Below are positions 1 to 8,216 of a stretch of 34,938 nt of DNA, piece after piece. Made by a program: the position numbers and the translations under genes. Numbering within the stretch: position 1 is the first letter of the stretch; each line of letters begins with the position of its first letter. The notes under the pieces were generated by a model that was not told where the DNA came from, did not search any database, and saw nothing but the letters and a program-made list of their open reading frames with translations. This DNA comes from Candidatus Saccharimonadota bacterium (GTDB taxonomy: Bacteria > Patescibacteriota > Saccharimonadia > Saccharimonadales > Saccharimonadaceae), in contig JAUMYE010000001.1 in assembly GCA_030528815.1 (NCBI GenBank), positions 1 through 34,938 of the forward strand. The letters are read 5' to 3'.

Positions 1-720
1 ACCAACAACCTCACCTTTATAAACCTCAAAATCAATATTTTGAAGTGCATGAAAGAGTTTAATGTAAACGAGATTATCTTCTCTTCTAGCGCTACGGTTT
101 ATGGCGACAGAGATAATGTTGCTTTGACCGAGGATATGCAGACTGGTATTGGCATTACCAACCCTTATGGTCGCACCAAGTTCATGATTGAAGAAATCCT
201 AAAAGATTTTTGTAGGGCAGACGAAACGAAGCAGGCTGTCATCTTGCGCTACTTCAACCCTATCGGCAATCACGAATCTGGCCTTATTGGCGAAGACCCA
301 AATGGTATTCCAAACAACCTAATGCCAATCATTATGCGTGTTAGCCAGGGTCGCATTCCAGAGTTAAGCATTTACGGTGACGATTATGATACTCCAGATG
401 GTACATGTATCCGCGACTATATCCATGTTGTAGATTTGGCAAAAGGCCATCTTGCAGCCCTAGAAAAGGTTACCCAATCTGGCATTTCTATCTATAACCT
501 TGGTACCGGCAAGGGTACAAGCGTAAAAGAAATGGTCGCTGCCTTCGAAGAGGCTAGTGGCAAGAGCTTGCCTCATAAGGTTGCTGGTCGCCGTGCTGGT
601 GACCTGCCAAGCATCTTTGCGAATGTAGACAAGGCAGAAAAAGAGCTCGACTGGAAAGCTACCCGAACAGTTGCTGACGCAATGCGTGATACGATGAAAT
701 TCTTGAACAAGGAGCAATAA
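1..720 (+). CDS. galE: UDP-glucose 4-epimerase (GalE), 5'-truncated by window edge
   Basis: Frame 1 is open from base 1 (TNNLTFINLKINILKC precedes the first Met), so the N-terminus lies outside the window. It carries FSSSATVYG, NPYGRTK (the SDR YxxxK catalytic motif), ILRYFNPIG and DGTCIRDYIHVVDLA, all typical of GalE. Confidence 0.9.
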   Translation, partial: TNNLTFINLKINILKCMKEFNVNEIIFSSSATVYGDRDNVALTEDMQTGIGITNPYGRTKFMIEEILKDFCRADETKQAVILRYFNPIGNHESGLIGEDPNGIPNNLMPIIMRVSQGRIPELSIYGDDYDTPDGTCIRDYIHVVDLAKGHLAALEKVTQSGISIYNLGTGKGTSVKEMVAAFEEASGKSLPHKVAGRRAGDLPSIFANVDKAEKELDWKATRTVADAMRDTMKFLNKEQ

Positions 721-721
721 T

Positions 722-1342
722 ATGGCAAAGGATACAAACTATAAGTTTACAATCAAGGACTTTTGCAAATATGTTCTTAGATGCTGGCCAATCATTGTAA
801 TCTGTGCCATTCTAGGTGGCGCAGCGGCCGTCTACTCATACAAGCATCAGTCTACGAATTTCTCATCTTCTGCAACCATTATGGTTTACGAAAGTGACTA
901 CGAATATAGTGGCACTATCTCTCCATTTGCGCAGATTCCAGCAATCCTTGTGAGCAAAGAAGCATATAGAAACGCTGGTGTTACAGTAAAAGAAGGAAGT
1001 CTAGACGGCATCAAGGTTGAAGAGAAAGCAGTTGGCGTCTTTAATCTAAGTGATTCTAGTGCAGATGAAGCAAAGGCAAAAGAGAATTTGGACCTAGTTA
1101 CGGCAAACGCTGAAAAGGTTATCGCAAAAGCATACAACGACGAAAAGCAATATCATGTCAAAGTTCTAAGCGCCGCAGGCGAACCGGCAGTGGAGTCTAG
1201 CAAAAAGGAGAAACTATTTTCTTCTGCGCTAATCTTAGCCGCCTCAATAGTAGTTGCAATCGTAATCGACTTTATAGCATTCAATAAAAAGCTGCTTAAA
1301 AAATACCCCCCCGAAAGGGGTATTTTTTTATTTTGCCAATAA
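722..1342 (+). CDS. Wzz/CpsC/YveK-like polysaccharide chain-length determinant (two-TM protein)
   Basis: It has an N-terminal TM (WPIIVICAILGGAAAVYSY), an extracytoplasmic segment and a C-terminal TM (LILAASIVVAIVIDFIAF). AAGGAG lies 8 nt upstream of the ATG, directly after galE. No cognate tyrosine kinase gene follows. The last ~14 codons run through a terminator hairpin. Confidence 0.6.
   Translation: MAKDTNYKFTIKDFCKYVLRCWPIIVICAILGGAAAVYSYKHQSTNFSSSATIMVYESDYEYSGTISPFAQIPAILVSKEAYRNAGVTVKEGSLDGIKVEEKAVGVFNLSDSSADEAKAKENLDLVTANAEKVIAKAYNDEKQYHVKVLSAAGEPAVESSKKEKLFSSALILAASIVVAIVIDFIAFNKKLLKKYPPERGIFLFCQ
1298..1329. terminator. Bidirectional rho-independent terminator between convergent genes
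   Basis: AAAAAATACCCC (1298-1309) pairs with GGGGTATTTTTT (1317-1328) around a 7-nt loop. A-run and T-run flanks let it work on both strands. It lies inside the 3' end of the Wzz-like ORF and abuts the stop codon of the GT2 gene. Confidence 0.7.
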
Positions 1343-2272
1343 ATTGATCAGTTTAACGGGTAGGATGGGGCTAATAAAGCTCAGAAGGGCGATAATACGT
1401 TGCTTTTTAGGGGATTTTCCAGAGAAAAGAACGGTTTTTCTGTATTTCTTTATGATGTTCTTACATTCTGAGGCCTGAGCTGAATATTCTTTGGTCTGTT
1501 TGTATCTATCAAGGATTTCTAATATAAAATAAGCTTCCATGAAAAGGCGAATGATTGATGCTCTGCTATATTCTTCGCTCTTCGCGATTTTCTTGAGCGC
1601 TTCAAGCCCATCCATTCGGCTGGGTTTAAAATTAGACTTCGTAAGGCTAGAACTGTTCTTTCTGTAGCCATATAGTTCTTCGTCGCTCAAAGAGATAGCA
1701 CTACACTTCTTTAGGTAGTTGTAGTTGAAATAAAAGTCTTCAGCGACAGAGAATTTTTCGAAACGTAAGTCTCCGATAAGTTCTCTTTTATATAGTTTGC
1801 AGACAGGGCCCGCGAGTAGCTTGCCTAGCAAGAGATCTTCGACTGCCTGATCTCCGGAAATTTGACGAGAATTAGGCTGTTTTTCGGAAAACGATACTTT
1901 GCTCTCGAAGTTTATATATTTGACGCAGCTCAAATCTGTATCCGCCTTCATTTCCTCTAGAAGGCGCACCAAATAATCTGGCGATACAATGTCATCGCAG
2001 TCGATAAAGGAGATGTACTGTCCCTTTGCGAGCTCTAATCCCTTATTCCTAGCGCCGCCAGCACCAGAATTCTTGATACTACAAACGTGAATCCTTTTAT
2101 CTTTTTTCTCGAAATTTTTGCAAATACCTAGTGACTCGTCGGTCGATCCGTCATCGACCAAGATTAGCTCGAAGTTCTTATGGCTTTGAGAAAGAATACT
2201 CTCTAAGCAGGCCGAGAGGTATTTCTCGCTATTGTAGACCGGAACAATGACAGATATTAGTTCTTTGCTCAT
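1328..2272 (-). CDS. Glycosyltransferase family 2
   Basis: The N-terminus ISVIVPVYNSEKYLSACLESILSQSHKNFELILVDDGSTDES plus the FIDCDD (DxD) motif is the classic GT2 (GT-A) signature. Its start overlaps the upstream stop in an ATGA. Confidence 0.85.
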   Translation of the reverse strand: MSKELISVIVPVYNSEKYLSACLESILSQSHKNFELILVDDGSTDESLGICKNFEKKDKRIHVCSIKNSGAGGARNKGLELAKGQYISFIDCDDIVSPDYLVRLLEEMKADTDLSCVKYINFESKVSFSEKQPNSRQISGDQAVEDLLLGKLLAGPVCKLYKRELIGDLRFEKFSVAEDFYFNYNYLKKCSAISLSDEELYGYRKNSSSLTKSNFKPSRMDGLEALKKIAKSEEYSRASIIRLFMEAYFILEILDRYKQTKEYSAQASECKNIIKKYRKTVLFSGKSPKKQRIIALLSFISPILPVKLINLLAK

Positions 2273-3363
2273 GATAGAAACCTAAATGGAATAATTTCGC
2301 TATTCCCCATCACGATATAAACCAAGATAAAATAGCAGGCGAGGGTTGCAATATAGAGAACTCGTTTGAAGGTTGGATTGTCTTTGAACCTGTCGATTCC
2401 TAGCCAGATGCCAAAGGTTGCCATAGGCCAGAAATAGTCCGACATTCTTCCGATGTATGCGGAGTAGAAACCGAGGCCGGCATAGAACAAATTACAAATA
2501 ATAACGATAGTTGTGAAGTCGCTTAGCTTCTCTTCGCCTTGTTTGGTAAATTTCCGCGTAAGTAGCAATAACGCAGAAAGTGCAAAGAAGATAATGAAGT
2601 CAAAGTTTGCAATCGATCCTTCGTAGACGGCCAAGGTTATTGCGTACTTATACGGCATAATGCCGCTCTCTAGAAGGAAAGTAATGGCCTTTGGGAATAT
2701 GAGGAGTGTAATTAGAGACAAGGCAATAATGACCGTGGCACACTTTTTGAGGCCGAAGCGCTTAGCTGCCAATACGACGATTAATACTGGTATTAGAAGA
2801 GCGGCAGAAAAATGAAGGGAAATAGTTAATGCTAGCAGCAAGGTGTTTTTGAGCAACTTGCGAGGATTTTGGAATACGTTAACAAGAAGTACGGAGAAGA
2901 CAGAAACGGCTGCTGCTTGCCTCATGCCATTAATACAATAAGGCGTCATAATCATGACGATGGATCCAAATAGGAGCCACCAGTTGCGAGAATCGAGCTT
3001 TCTAGAAAAGATATACAAGAAACTGAAAGTCAGGAGCGAATAGGCGAAGAAATATGCAAAATATCCATACGCGAAGTGATGGAGAATCTTAATTAGAAAG
3101 ATTGCTGTTGGCTCCATACTTAATGTCTGGATTCTTAAGAGACTTGAGGAATAATCCTCTGATGCAACATTGTCGAACATCTCGATATAGGCGGCAGAAT
3201 CTGTACCGACTCCAAAGCGCAGGGCGATACTAATAGCTGGAACCAGAACACATAGGAAGCCAAAGATTTTCTTGTCTGTCTTTTTTCTGAGGAATGCAAA
3301 AAAGAAAGTTAAACAGAAAATAACAAGATAGAAAACAATACTGGCTATTTTAGAAAGAATCAT
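2269..3363 (-). CDS. EpsG-family (Wzy-type) polysaccharide polymerase, polytopic membrane protein
   Basis: About 10 hydrophobic helices. The RFGVGTDSAAYIEMF motif near the N-terminus resembles EpsG-family polymerases. The gene sits among GT genes with overlapping start and stop codons. Confidence 0.72.
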   Translation of the reverse strand: MILSKIASIVFYLVIFCLTFFFAFLRKKTDKKIFGFLCVLVPAISIALRFGVGTDSAAYIEMFDNVASEDYSSSLLRIQTLSMEPTAIFLIKILHHFAYGYFAYFFAYSLLTFSFLYIFSRKLDSRNWWLLFGSIVMIMTPYCINGMRQAAAVSVFSVLLVNVFQNPRKLLKNTLLLALTISLHFSAALLIPVLIVVLAAKRFGLKKCATVIIALSLITLLIFPKAITFLLESGIMPYKYAITLAVYEGSIANFDFIIFFALSALLLLTRKFTKQGEEKLSDFTTIVIICNLFYAGLGFYSAYIGRMSDYFWPMATFGIWLGIDRFKDNPTFKRVLYIATLACYFILVYIVMGNSEIIPFRFLS

Positions 3364-4450
3364 ATATTTCCTCGAGTTTCTTTACGCTGTTGTGAATGTC
3401 GTACTTATCTATTTTACTCCCTGAAGCGCTTCTCTTTTTCTGAACTTCTGTATTTACAAACTCTTTTACCCAATCTTCGTCCGAGTCAATCTTGAGAAAC
3501 TTGGCATTATCTGAAATTTTGGTTTCTTTTGGAACAAAGACACTGAAAAAGCAAGGCAGCCCCGAAGCTTGAGCTTCGATACCAACGGTAGGGACGCCTT
3601 CGAATTTTGAAGGTAGGGCGAAAATGTCGGCCATCGAATAATACTTATTGATATCTGGTTGGGAATCGAGGATGAAAATCTGTTTCTTGGAAGCTAATCC
3701 GTCGACCTTCTCTTTCAGGGATTCTTTAAGCGAGCCATCGCCAATAATGAATAGGGCCGAATCTGGCTGCTCCTTGTAAACCTTGTCAAAAACATCGATT
3801 AGCCAAGCTTGGTTTTTAACCTCTTCCAGCCTACCGACATTTAGAATGACCTTTGTCTTGTCGCCGAGTTTGTACTTGCTTCTTAGCTCTTTGCGAAAAT
3901 CTGCATTAAAATAAAACTTCTCTGCATCGATGCCGTTATTGATTACCGTAAACTTCTGATTCTTGCCGTATAGAAACTCTCCGGCATTGATTCCGCAAGC
4001 GAGTCTCTTGGTTACGAGTCTATTGAGTCTACGACGCATGAGAGAAGAGGCGAATTTTTTGATAGGGGAATACAGATTGTCGTTGAAAGTACTATGTGAA
4101 TGAGAGACGCGATATTTGGCTCCGCCCATTTTTGCGCCCTTTAGCGATAGCGCAGACATAAAATCGATATGGCTATGTACGATTTCGTAATTGCCTTCTT
4201 TGACAATCTTTGCGACATCTTTTTCGAACTTCCATGGGGCTTTAACGCGATTATCTTTGACGCGATAGATCTTTGCTCCGCCCTTGATAAGCTCATCTTC
4301 GAAAGCAAATTTCTTTCCGTCACGAGGCTGCATAAAGGTAAGAATATCGAACTGATATTTTTTATGATCGATATTTCTCCAGGTATTCATCAAGAATGAT
4401 TCGGCGCCGCCTCTATCTAGGCCGCCAATTATATGTAAGATTCGTTTCAT
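3350..4450 (-). CDS. Glycosyltransferase family 1 (GT-B, EpsF-like)
   Basis: The N-terminus MKRILHIIGGLDRGGAESFLMN and the C-terminal PSKFEGVPTVGIEAQASGLP (E-x7-E type GT1 motif). Confidence 0.85.
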   Translation of the reverse strand: MKRILHIIGGLDRGGAESFLMNTWRNIDHKKYQFDILTFMQPRDGKKFAFEDELIKGGAKIYRVKDNRVKAPWKFEKDVAKIVKEGNYEIVHSHIDFMSALSLKGAKMGGAKYRVSHSHSTFNDNLYSPIKKFASSLMRRRLNRLVTKRLACGINAGEFLYGKNQKFTVINNGIDAEKFYFNADFRKELRSKYKLGDKTKVILNVGRLEEVKNQAWLIDVFDKVYKEQPDSALFIIGDGSLKESLKEKVDGLASKKQIFILDSQPDINKYYSMADIFALPSKFEGVPTVGIEAQASGLPCFFSVFVPKETKISDNAKFLKIDSDEDWVKEFVNTEVQKKRSASGSKIDKYDIHNSVKKLEEIYDSF

Positions 4451-5577
4451 TTTGAGATATCCAAATAAATTTTACGCATATCGGTTAGGGAAGAACGGAG
4501 AGAAAATGCTTCGTCAAAAGGAATATGGTAATCGTACTCTTTAAGATATGCTTTCTCGACCTTTTCTGCAAACTCCTTAGGGTTTTTCAAATCATACGAA
4601 ATCTGCTTGTTGTTCTTAAAGATTTCGCGATGACCACGGTTGTCTGAAATGATAATAGGGAGGCCGCAAAGCTGGGCTTCAACCACGCCAAGGCCTAATC
4701 CCTCGCGGATAGATGCAGAAACTGCCAAATCGCAGCTTTGCAAAATTCTGTAGATGTTATTTCTGTATCCCAAGAAATAGACCTGCTTATCAATACCGAG
4801 CGTGTTGGCTAATTCCTTTGTCTGTTCAAGAAGCTCGCCCTTTCCCAGGAAGAGGACCTTGATGTTAGAGTTTGAAAGAAGTAAGTCCTTTAGGCTTTCT
4901 AGGATAAAACGATGGTTTTTGTTTGCTGTAAACTCGGCGGCATAAACAATCGCAAAATCGTCCTTCTTGAGATCTAGCTCTGCTCTGACTTCATCGCGCT
5001 CTTTCTTACTAATCTTTGCGTTAAACTTTGTCGTGTCCACGCCTACGCCGTGAATCATTTTTGTCTTAGCCTTGAACTTTTTAGAGCGTAAGTAATCTTC
5101 CCTATTAATGGTGATTAGTAAATCTGTATATTTTGCGCACTTTTTCTCAACGGGGTAGAAAAGGCACCAGAGCTTCAAAGGCGCGCCCTTATAGAAATGA
5201 AAACCATGAGATGTATAGATAACCTTAGTCCCGTTCTTGCGGGTCTTACGAGCGGCGAGACGAGTAATGACTGAGCCAACCGGAGTATGAGTGTGGACTA
5301 TATCATAATGTTTCTTCTCGAGAATCTTCTTGAGTTGCTTGTAAGCCTTTATGTGACTACCGATTGCAAGAGGGCTACGGGCGAAATCTACTTTAAAGAC
5401 ATTGTCGGCATCAAAAACCTGCTCTTCGTTTGCGGATGCGTAGTCTACTTCCCAATTGCCAATGTTTAAGTCTGAATATTCTCCCTCGAGTTTTCCTCGA
5501 AGCATCTTCATGAGTGGACGGTTGAATTTATGGAAATTAGCAGTATGTGAAGTGAATAATATCTTCTTTTGACTCAT
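4447..5577 (-). CDS. Glycosyltransferase family 1 (GT-B)
   Basis: SIREGLGLGVVEAQLCGLPIIISD matches the GT1 C-terminal nucleotide-sugar binding motif. It is the first gene of a four-gene minus-strand operon joined by ATGA or 14-nt overlaps. Confidence 0.85.
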   Translation of the reverse strand: MSQKKILFTSHTANFHKFNRPLMKMLRGKLEGEYSDLNIGNWEVDYASANEEQVFDADNVFKVDFARSPLAIGSHIKAYKQLKKILEKKHYDIVHTHTPVGSVITRLAARKTRKNGTKVIYTSHGFHFYKGAPLKLWCLFYPVEKKCAKYTDLLITINREDYLRSKKFKAKTKMIHGVGVDTTKFNAKISKKERDEVRAELDLKKDDFAIVYAAEFTANKNHRFILESLKDLLLSNSNIKVLFLGKGELLEQTKELANTLGIDKQVYFLGYRNNIYRILQSCDLAVSASIREGLGLGVVEAQLCGLPIIISDNRGHREIFKNNKQISYDLKNPKEFAEKVEKAYLKEYDYHIPFDEAFSLRSSLTDMRKIYLDISK

Positions 5578-5591
5578 AGAATACTACTGTT

Positions 5592-5600
5592 ATTATAACA
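5592..5600 (-). promoter_or_regulatory. Extended -10 box (TGtTATAAT) for the GT1-GT1-EpsG-GT2 operon
   Basis: The reverse complement of 5592-5600 is TGTTATAAT. It lies 14 nt upstream of the ATG at 5577 with no Shine-Dalgarno in between, so the leader is very short. Confidence 0.45.
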
Positions 5601-5625
5601 GACTAATGAAAGCGTTACGGTGCGG

Positions 5626-5631
5626 TATAAT
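5626..5631 (+). promoter_or_regulatory. -10 box (TATAAT) for GT2 gene, implies leaderless start at 5639
   Basis: TATAAT at 5626-5631 lies 7 nt before the ATG at 5639. This places the ORF-track start at 5606 upstream of the likely transcription start. Confidence 0.45.
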
Positions 5632-5638
5632 TAAGCTA

Positions 5639-6601
5639 ATGAAAAGCAACGAGAAGCCGCTAATTTCGATAATTGTCCCAATCTATAATGTCGAGGACTG
5701 TGTTGAGAAATGCGTAGATAGCATTTTGGCTCAGTCGTATAAGAATATTGAAATTTTTCTGGTCGACGACGGTTCGGGGGATAGAAGTGGTGTTATCTGC
5801 GATAAATATGCGAAAAAAGATGAACGAGTTGTAGTAATACATAAAAAGAATGGCGGTCTAAGCTCGGCGAGAAATGCTGGCATTAAGAAAATGAATGGCG
5901 AGTATGTTAGTTTCGTAGATGGCGACGATGCATTGAAGGTTGATTGTATAGAAAAACTTTACGAGGATATTGTGCGGGAAAATGCCGATGTAAGCGCTTG
6001 TGGTTTTATGCGCTTTGATGAATATGGCGAATCGACGTGCTCTGAAGCGAACTTTGCTGGGGTTGTATCTAGCCATGATGCTATGACTCTTTTGCTTGAG
6101 AAAAAGATATATCCGTCTGCATGGGGCAAGCTATACAAGAAAGGCATCTTTGGTAAGCTTCGATACAATGAGCAATGCAAATATGGCGAAGATCTGGATG
6201 CTATCATTAGGATTTTGGACGCAGATTTAAAAATTGTCTTCTCTCAGGAAGATAAAAACTACTTATATCGAACAAGAGCGAATAGTATCATGGGCAAGGG
6301 TGTTTACCGTAGAAATTGCCGTGATTTGTTTGTTGTTTGTGATGAGATTATAAAGAAAGCGCAGAATGGATCTAATCAAGATCTAGCGTATGAGTTCTAT
6401 GTCGAAAAAGTTCTTGGTTTCTGTATGGATTGTATAAAATACAATTATAAAGATAAGGAAGAGCTCGAATTTTTGAGAAAACGACTAGTAAAATACAAAA
6501 AACAACACAGTATATATAGCGGTAGAACAAGCAAAGAGAAGGCTATATGTTCGCTTTTTGCTCGCAGGCAATTTGGGCTAATAAAAATCTTGCTTAAATA
6601 G
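5639..6601 (+). CDS. Glycosyltransferase family 2
   Basis: PLISIIVPIYNVEDCVEKCVDSILAQSYKNIEIFLVDDGSGDRS and FVDGDD (DxD) are GT2 signatures. I chose the start at Met12 of the tracked ORF (5606) because of the -10 box at 5626-5631 and the usual position of the IIVPxYN strand near the N-terminus. Confidence 0.85.
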   Translation: MKSNEKPLISIIVPIYNVEDCVEKCVDSILAQSYKNIEIFLVDDGSGDRSGVICDKYAKKDERVVVIHKKNGGLSSARNAGIKKMNGEYVSFVDGDDALKVDCIEKLYEDIVRENADVSACGFMRFDEYGESTCSEANFAGVVSSHDAMTLLLEKKIYPSAWGKLYKKGIFGKLRYNEQCKYGEDLDAIIRILDADLKIVFSQEDKNYLYRTRANSIMGKGVYRRNCRDLFVVCDEIIKKAQNGSNQDLAYEFYVEKVLGFCMDCIKYNYKDKEELEFLRKRLVKYKKQHSIYSGRTSKEKAICSLFARRQFGLIKILLK

Positions 6602-6618
6602 ATAATGATTGCACTATC

Positions 6619-8139
6619 TTAGCGGGTATGGAAAAGCTTTGAGCAGACTAGATTATGGAAATACTTAAATTCGGGCGTTTTTGCCGTAGTGAGGAGTATC
6701 AGTAGTGATGGTACTAGGCACGAGATTGCTCCATTTCTAATAAAACCAATAAACGGACTATTTTCTTCGGGTAAAAGATTAATGATGAAGAATGTGGCAA
6801 TTGCGCAAGCAAAGAAGCCAATTAGCTTTTTTGAGAAACTTACTAGGTATAGATATCGCGGTTGCTTAAAAACAAGCTCGTAGGCATATTTTGGATAGTT
6901 ATAGAGATGTTGGTAGAGTGTGCTTATGATTGTGCCTATAAAAATGCCAGGTACGCCAATTAGCTTCGCAAGAATAATCGATGCCGTCAGATTGATGATT
7001 GCTTCTGCTACAGGCACGAAGCGATTCTCGTGTAATATGCCGGCTGCAGACAATGCGCTATTGGCTGGAGCCCTGATGCCGTTGAGGAAGAAATTGATAA
7101 CAATGGCGGCCACCGTTATATCTGACAAGAATAAATCTTCGCCTAGCCATAGGCGAATAAAATAAGAGGCGCAGAAATATAGCGCAATGCTTATAGTGGC
7201 ATAAACCCAATAATTGAATAGGGATAGTCGTTTTGTATTTACAAAAAGATAGTCTCGACCTTCTTTGGCAAGTATGTTTCCCATGCCTGCGGATACTGCA
7301 TTAGAAAGATTGTTCGTTATTATATTGATAGCCGAAATTATCATGCTGTAGTTTACATAAAGACCGGTTTGAAATGAACCAAAGAAGTATGTTAGCAGTA
7401 GGCTATCTGTCGAATAGACTACGTAGCTACTGATGTTGTGTGGAACAGAAGCTTTGATCTTTTTTGTAATGTCTGCTTTTGTGCTTTTGTCGAGCTGTTT
7501 CTTTTTATGAATGTACGGATATATTTTATCTACAATCTTCCAGATAATTAAATCTTCTATAATTTTCGCGACTACATTACAAAGGATAAAGAGATAAAAG
7601 TTGTTAAACTTGTATAATACGAATAACTTTGCTGAGTAGCTAACTAGAGAAACCGCAGAAACTACTAAGTTTATTTTTGTGCTTTTTTGGTCAGCCTGAA
7701 GCAGTACCCTCTTGTAATTCAGAACATAAGAGAAGAGAGCATTGCAGACGAAGAGAGAGAAAGCGATATATATATTAACAGTCGGAGTCTCTTCTTTGAT
7801 GATAAGAGAAAGGAATGGGAGTAATAGGAGGCCACCGGCCAAAATTAACGCTCCGATAACAAGGCAGCATTTATGGTAGTACTGCATAAGAGCTGCAATC
7901 TTGCTTTTATCGCCTTTTGCGAGCGGCTTATAAAGGTTGAAGACTATGGCGGTACTAACCCCGAAATCTGCCATAGTGAGCACCGAAATAATATTGGTAA
8001 ATACGCCGTTAAGACCGGAAACTTCGACGCCAAGGGTATTAACAAAAGCTTTTTGCACAAAAAAGCCAAAAACCGCAATAATGAGACTTGAAATAATGCC
8101 GGTAATCGCAATCTTTGCTGCTGCAGCTTTTCTGCTCAT
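6619..8139 (-). CDS. wzx: Wzx-type oligosaccharide flippase (MOP/polysaccharide biosynthesis protein family)
   Basis: 506 aa with about 12-14 TM helices. The N-terminus AAAKIAITGIISSLIIAVFGFFVQKAFVNTLGVEVSGLNGVF is typical of Wzx/EpsK flippases. It sits in the glycan locus. Confidence 0.8.
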   Translation of the reverse strand: MSRKAAAAKIAITGIISSLIIAVFGFFVQKAFVNTLGVEVSGLNGVFTNIISVLTMADFGVSTAIVFNLYKPLAKGDKSKIAALMQYYHKCCLVIGALILAGGLLLLPFLSLIIKEETPTVNIYIAFSLFVCNALFSYVLNYKRVLLQADQKSTKINLVVSAVSLVSYSAKLFVLYKFNNFYLFILCNVVAKIIEDLIIWKIVDKIYPYIHKKKQLDKSTKADITKKIKASVPHNISSYVVYSTDSLLLTYFFGSFQTGLYVNYSMIISAINIITNNLSNAVSAGMGNILAKEGRDYLFVNTKRLSLFNYWVYATISIALYFCASYFIRLWLGEDLFLSDITVAAIVINFFLNGIRAPANSALSAAGILHENRFVPVAEAIINLTASIILAKLIGVPGIFIGTIISTLYQHLYNYPKYAYELVFKQPRYLYLVSFSKKLIGFFACAIATFFIINLLPEENSPFIGFIRNGAISCLVPSLLILLTTAKTPEFKYFHNLVCSKLFHTR

Positions 8140-8145
8140 GACTCA

Positions 8146-8154
8146 ATTTTATCA
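8146..8154 (-). promoter_or_regulatory. Extended -10 box (TGaTAAAAT) for wzx, leaderless
   Basis: The reverse complement of 8146-8154 is TGATAAAAT. Only 6 nt separate it from the ATG at 8139. Confidence 0.5.
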
Positions 8155-8171
8155 CGAGACAATAAAGAGAA

Positions 8172-8212
8172 AAAAATAAACATGCAACCCCGAGGCTGCA
8201 TGTTTATTTTTT
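8172..8212 (-). terminator. Rho-independent terminator of the LGFP-protein operon
   Basis: AATAAACATGCAACC / GGCTGCATGTTTATT form a stem of about 13 bp with one mismatch around a CCGA loop. The flanking A-run and T-run give a T-run on the minus strand. It sits immediately after the stop at 8217. Confidence 0.75.
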
Positions 8213-8216
8213 GAAT

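Noticed and set aside
5606-5638. Longer N-terminal extensions offered by the ORF track (5606, 19189, 19821, 25720, 29516, 29483) and the TTG-derived Met at 34698
   Set aside because: Each extension lies upstream of a -10 box or terminator, lacks an SD while an internal ATG has one, or adds residues before the conserved N-terminal motif. At 34698 the frame simply stays open to the window edge.
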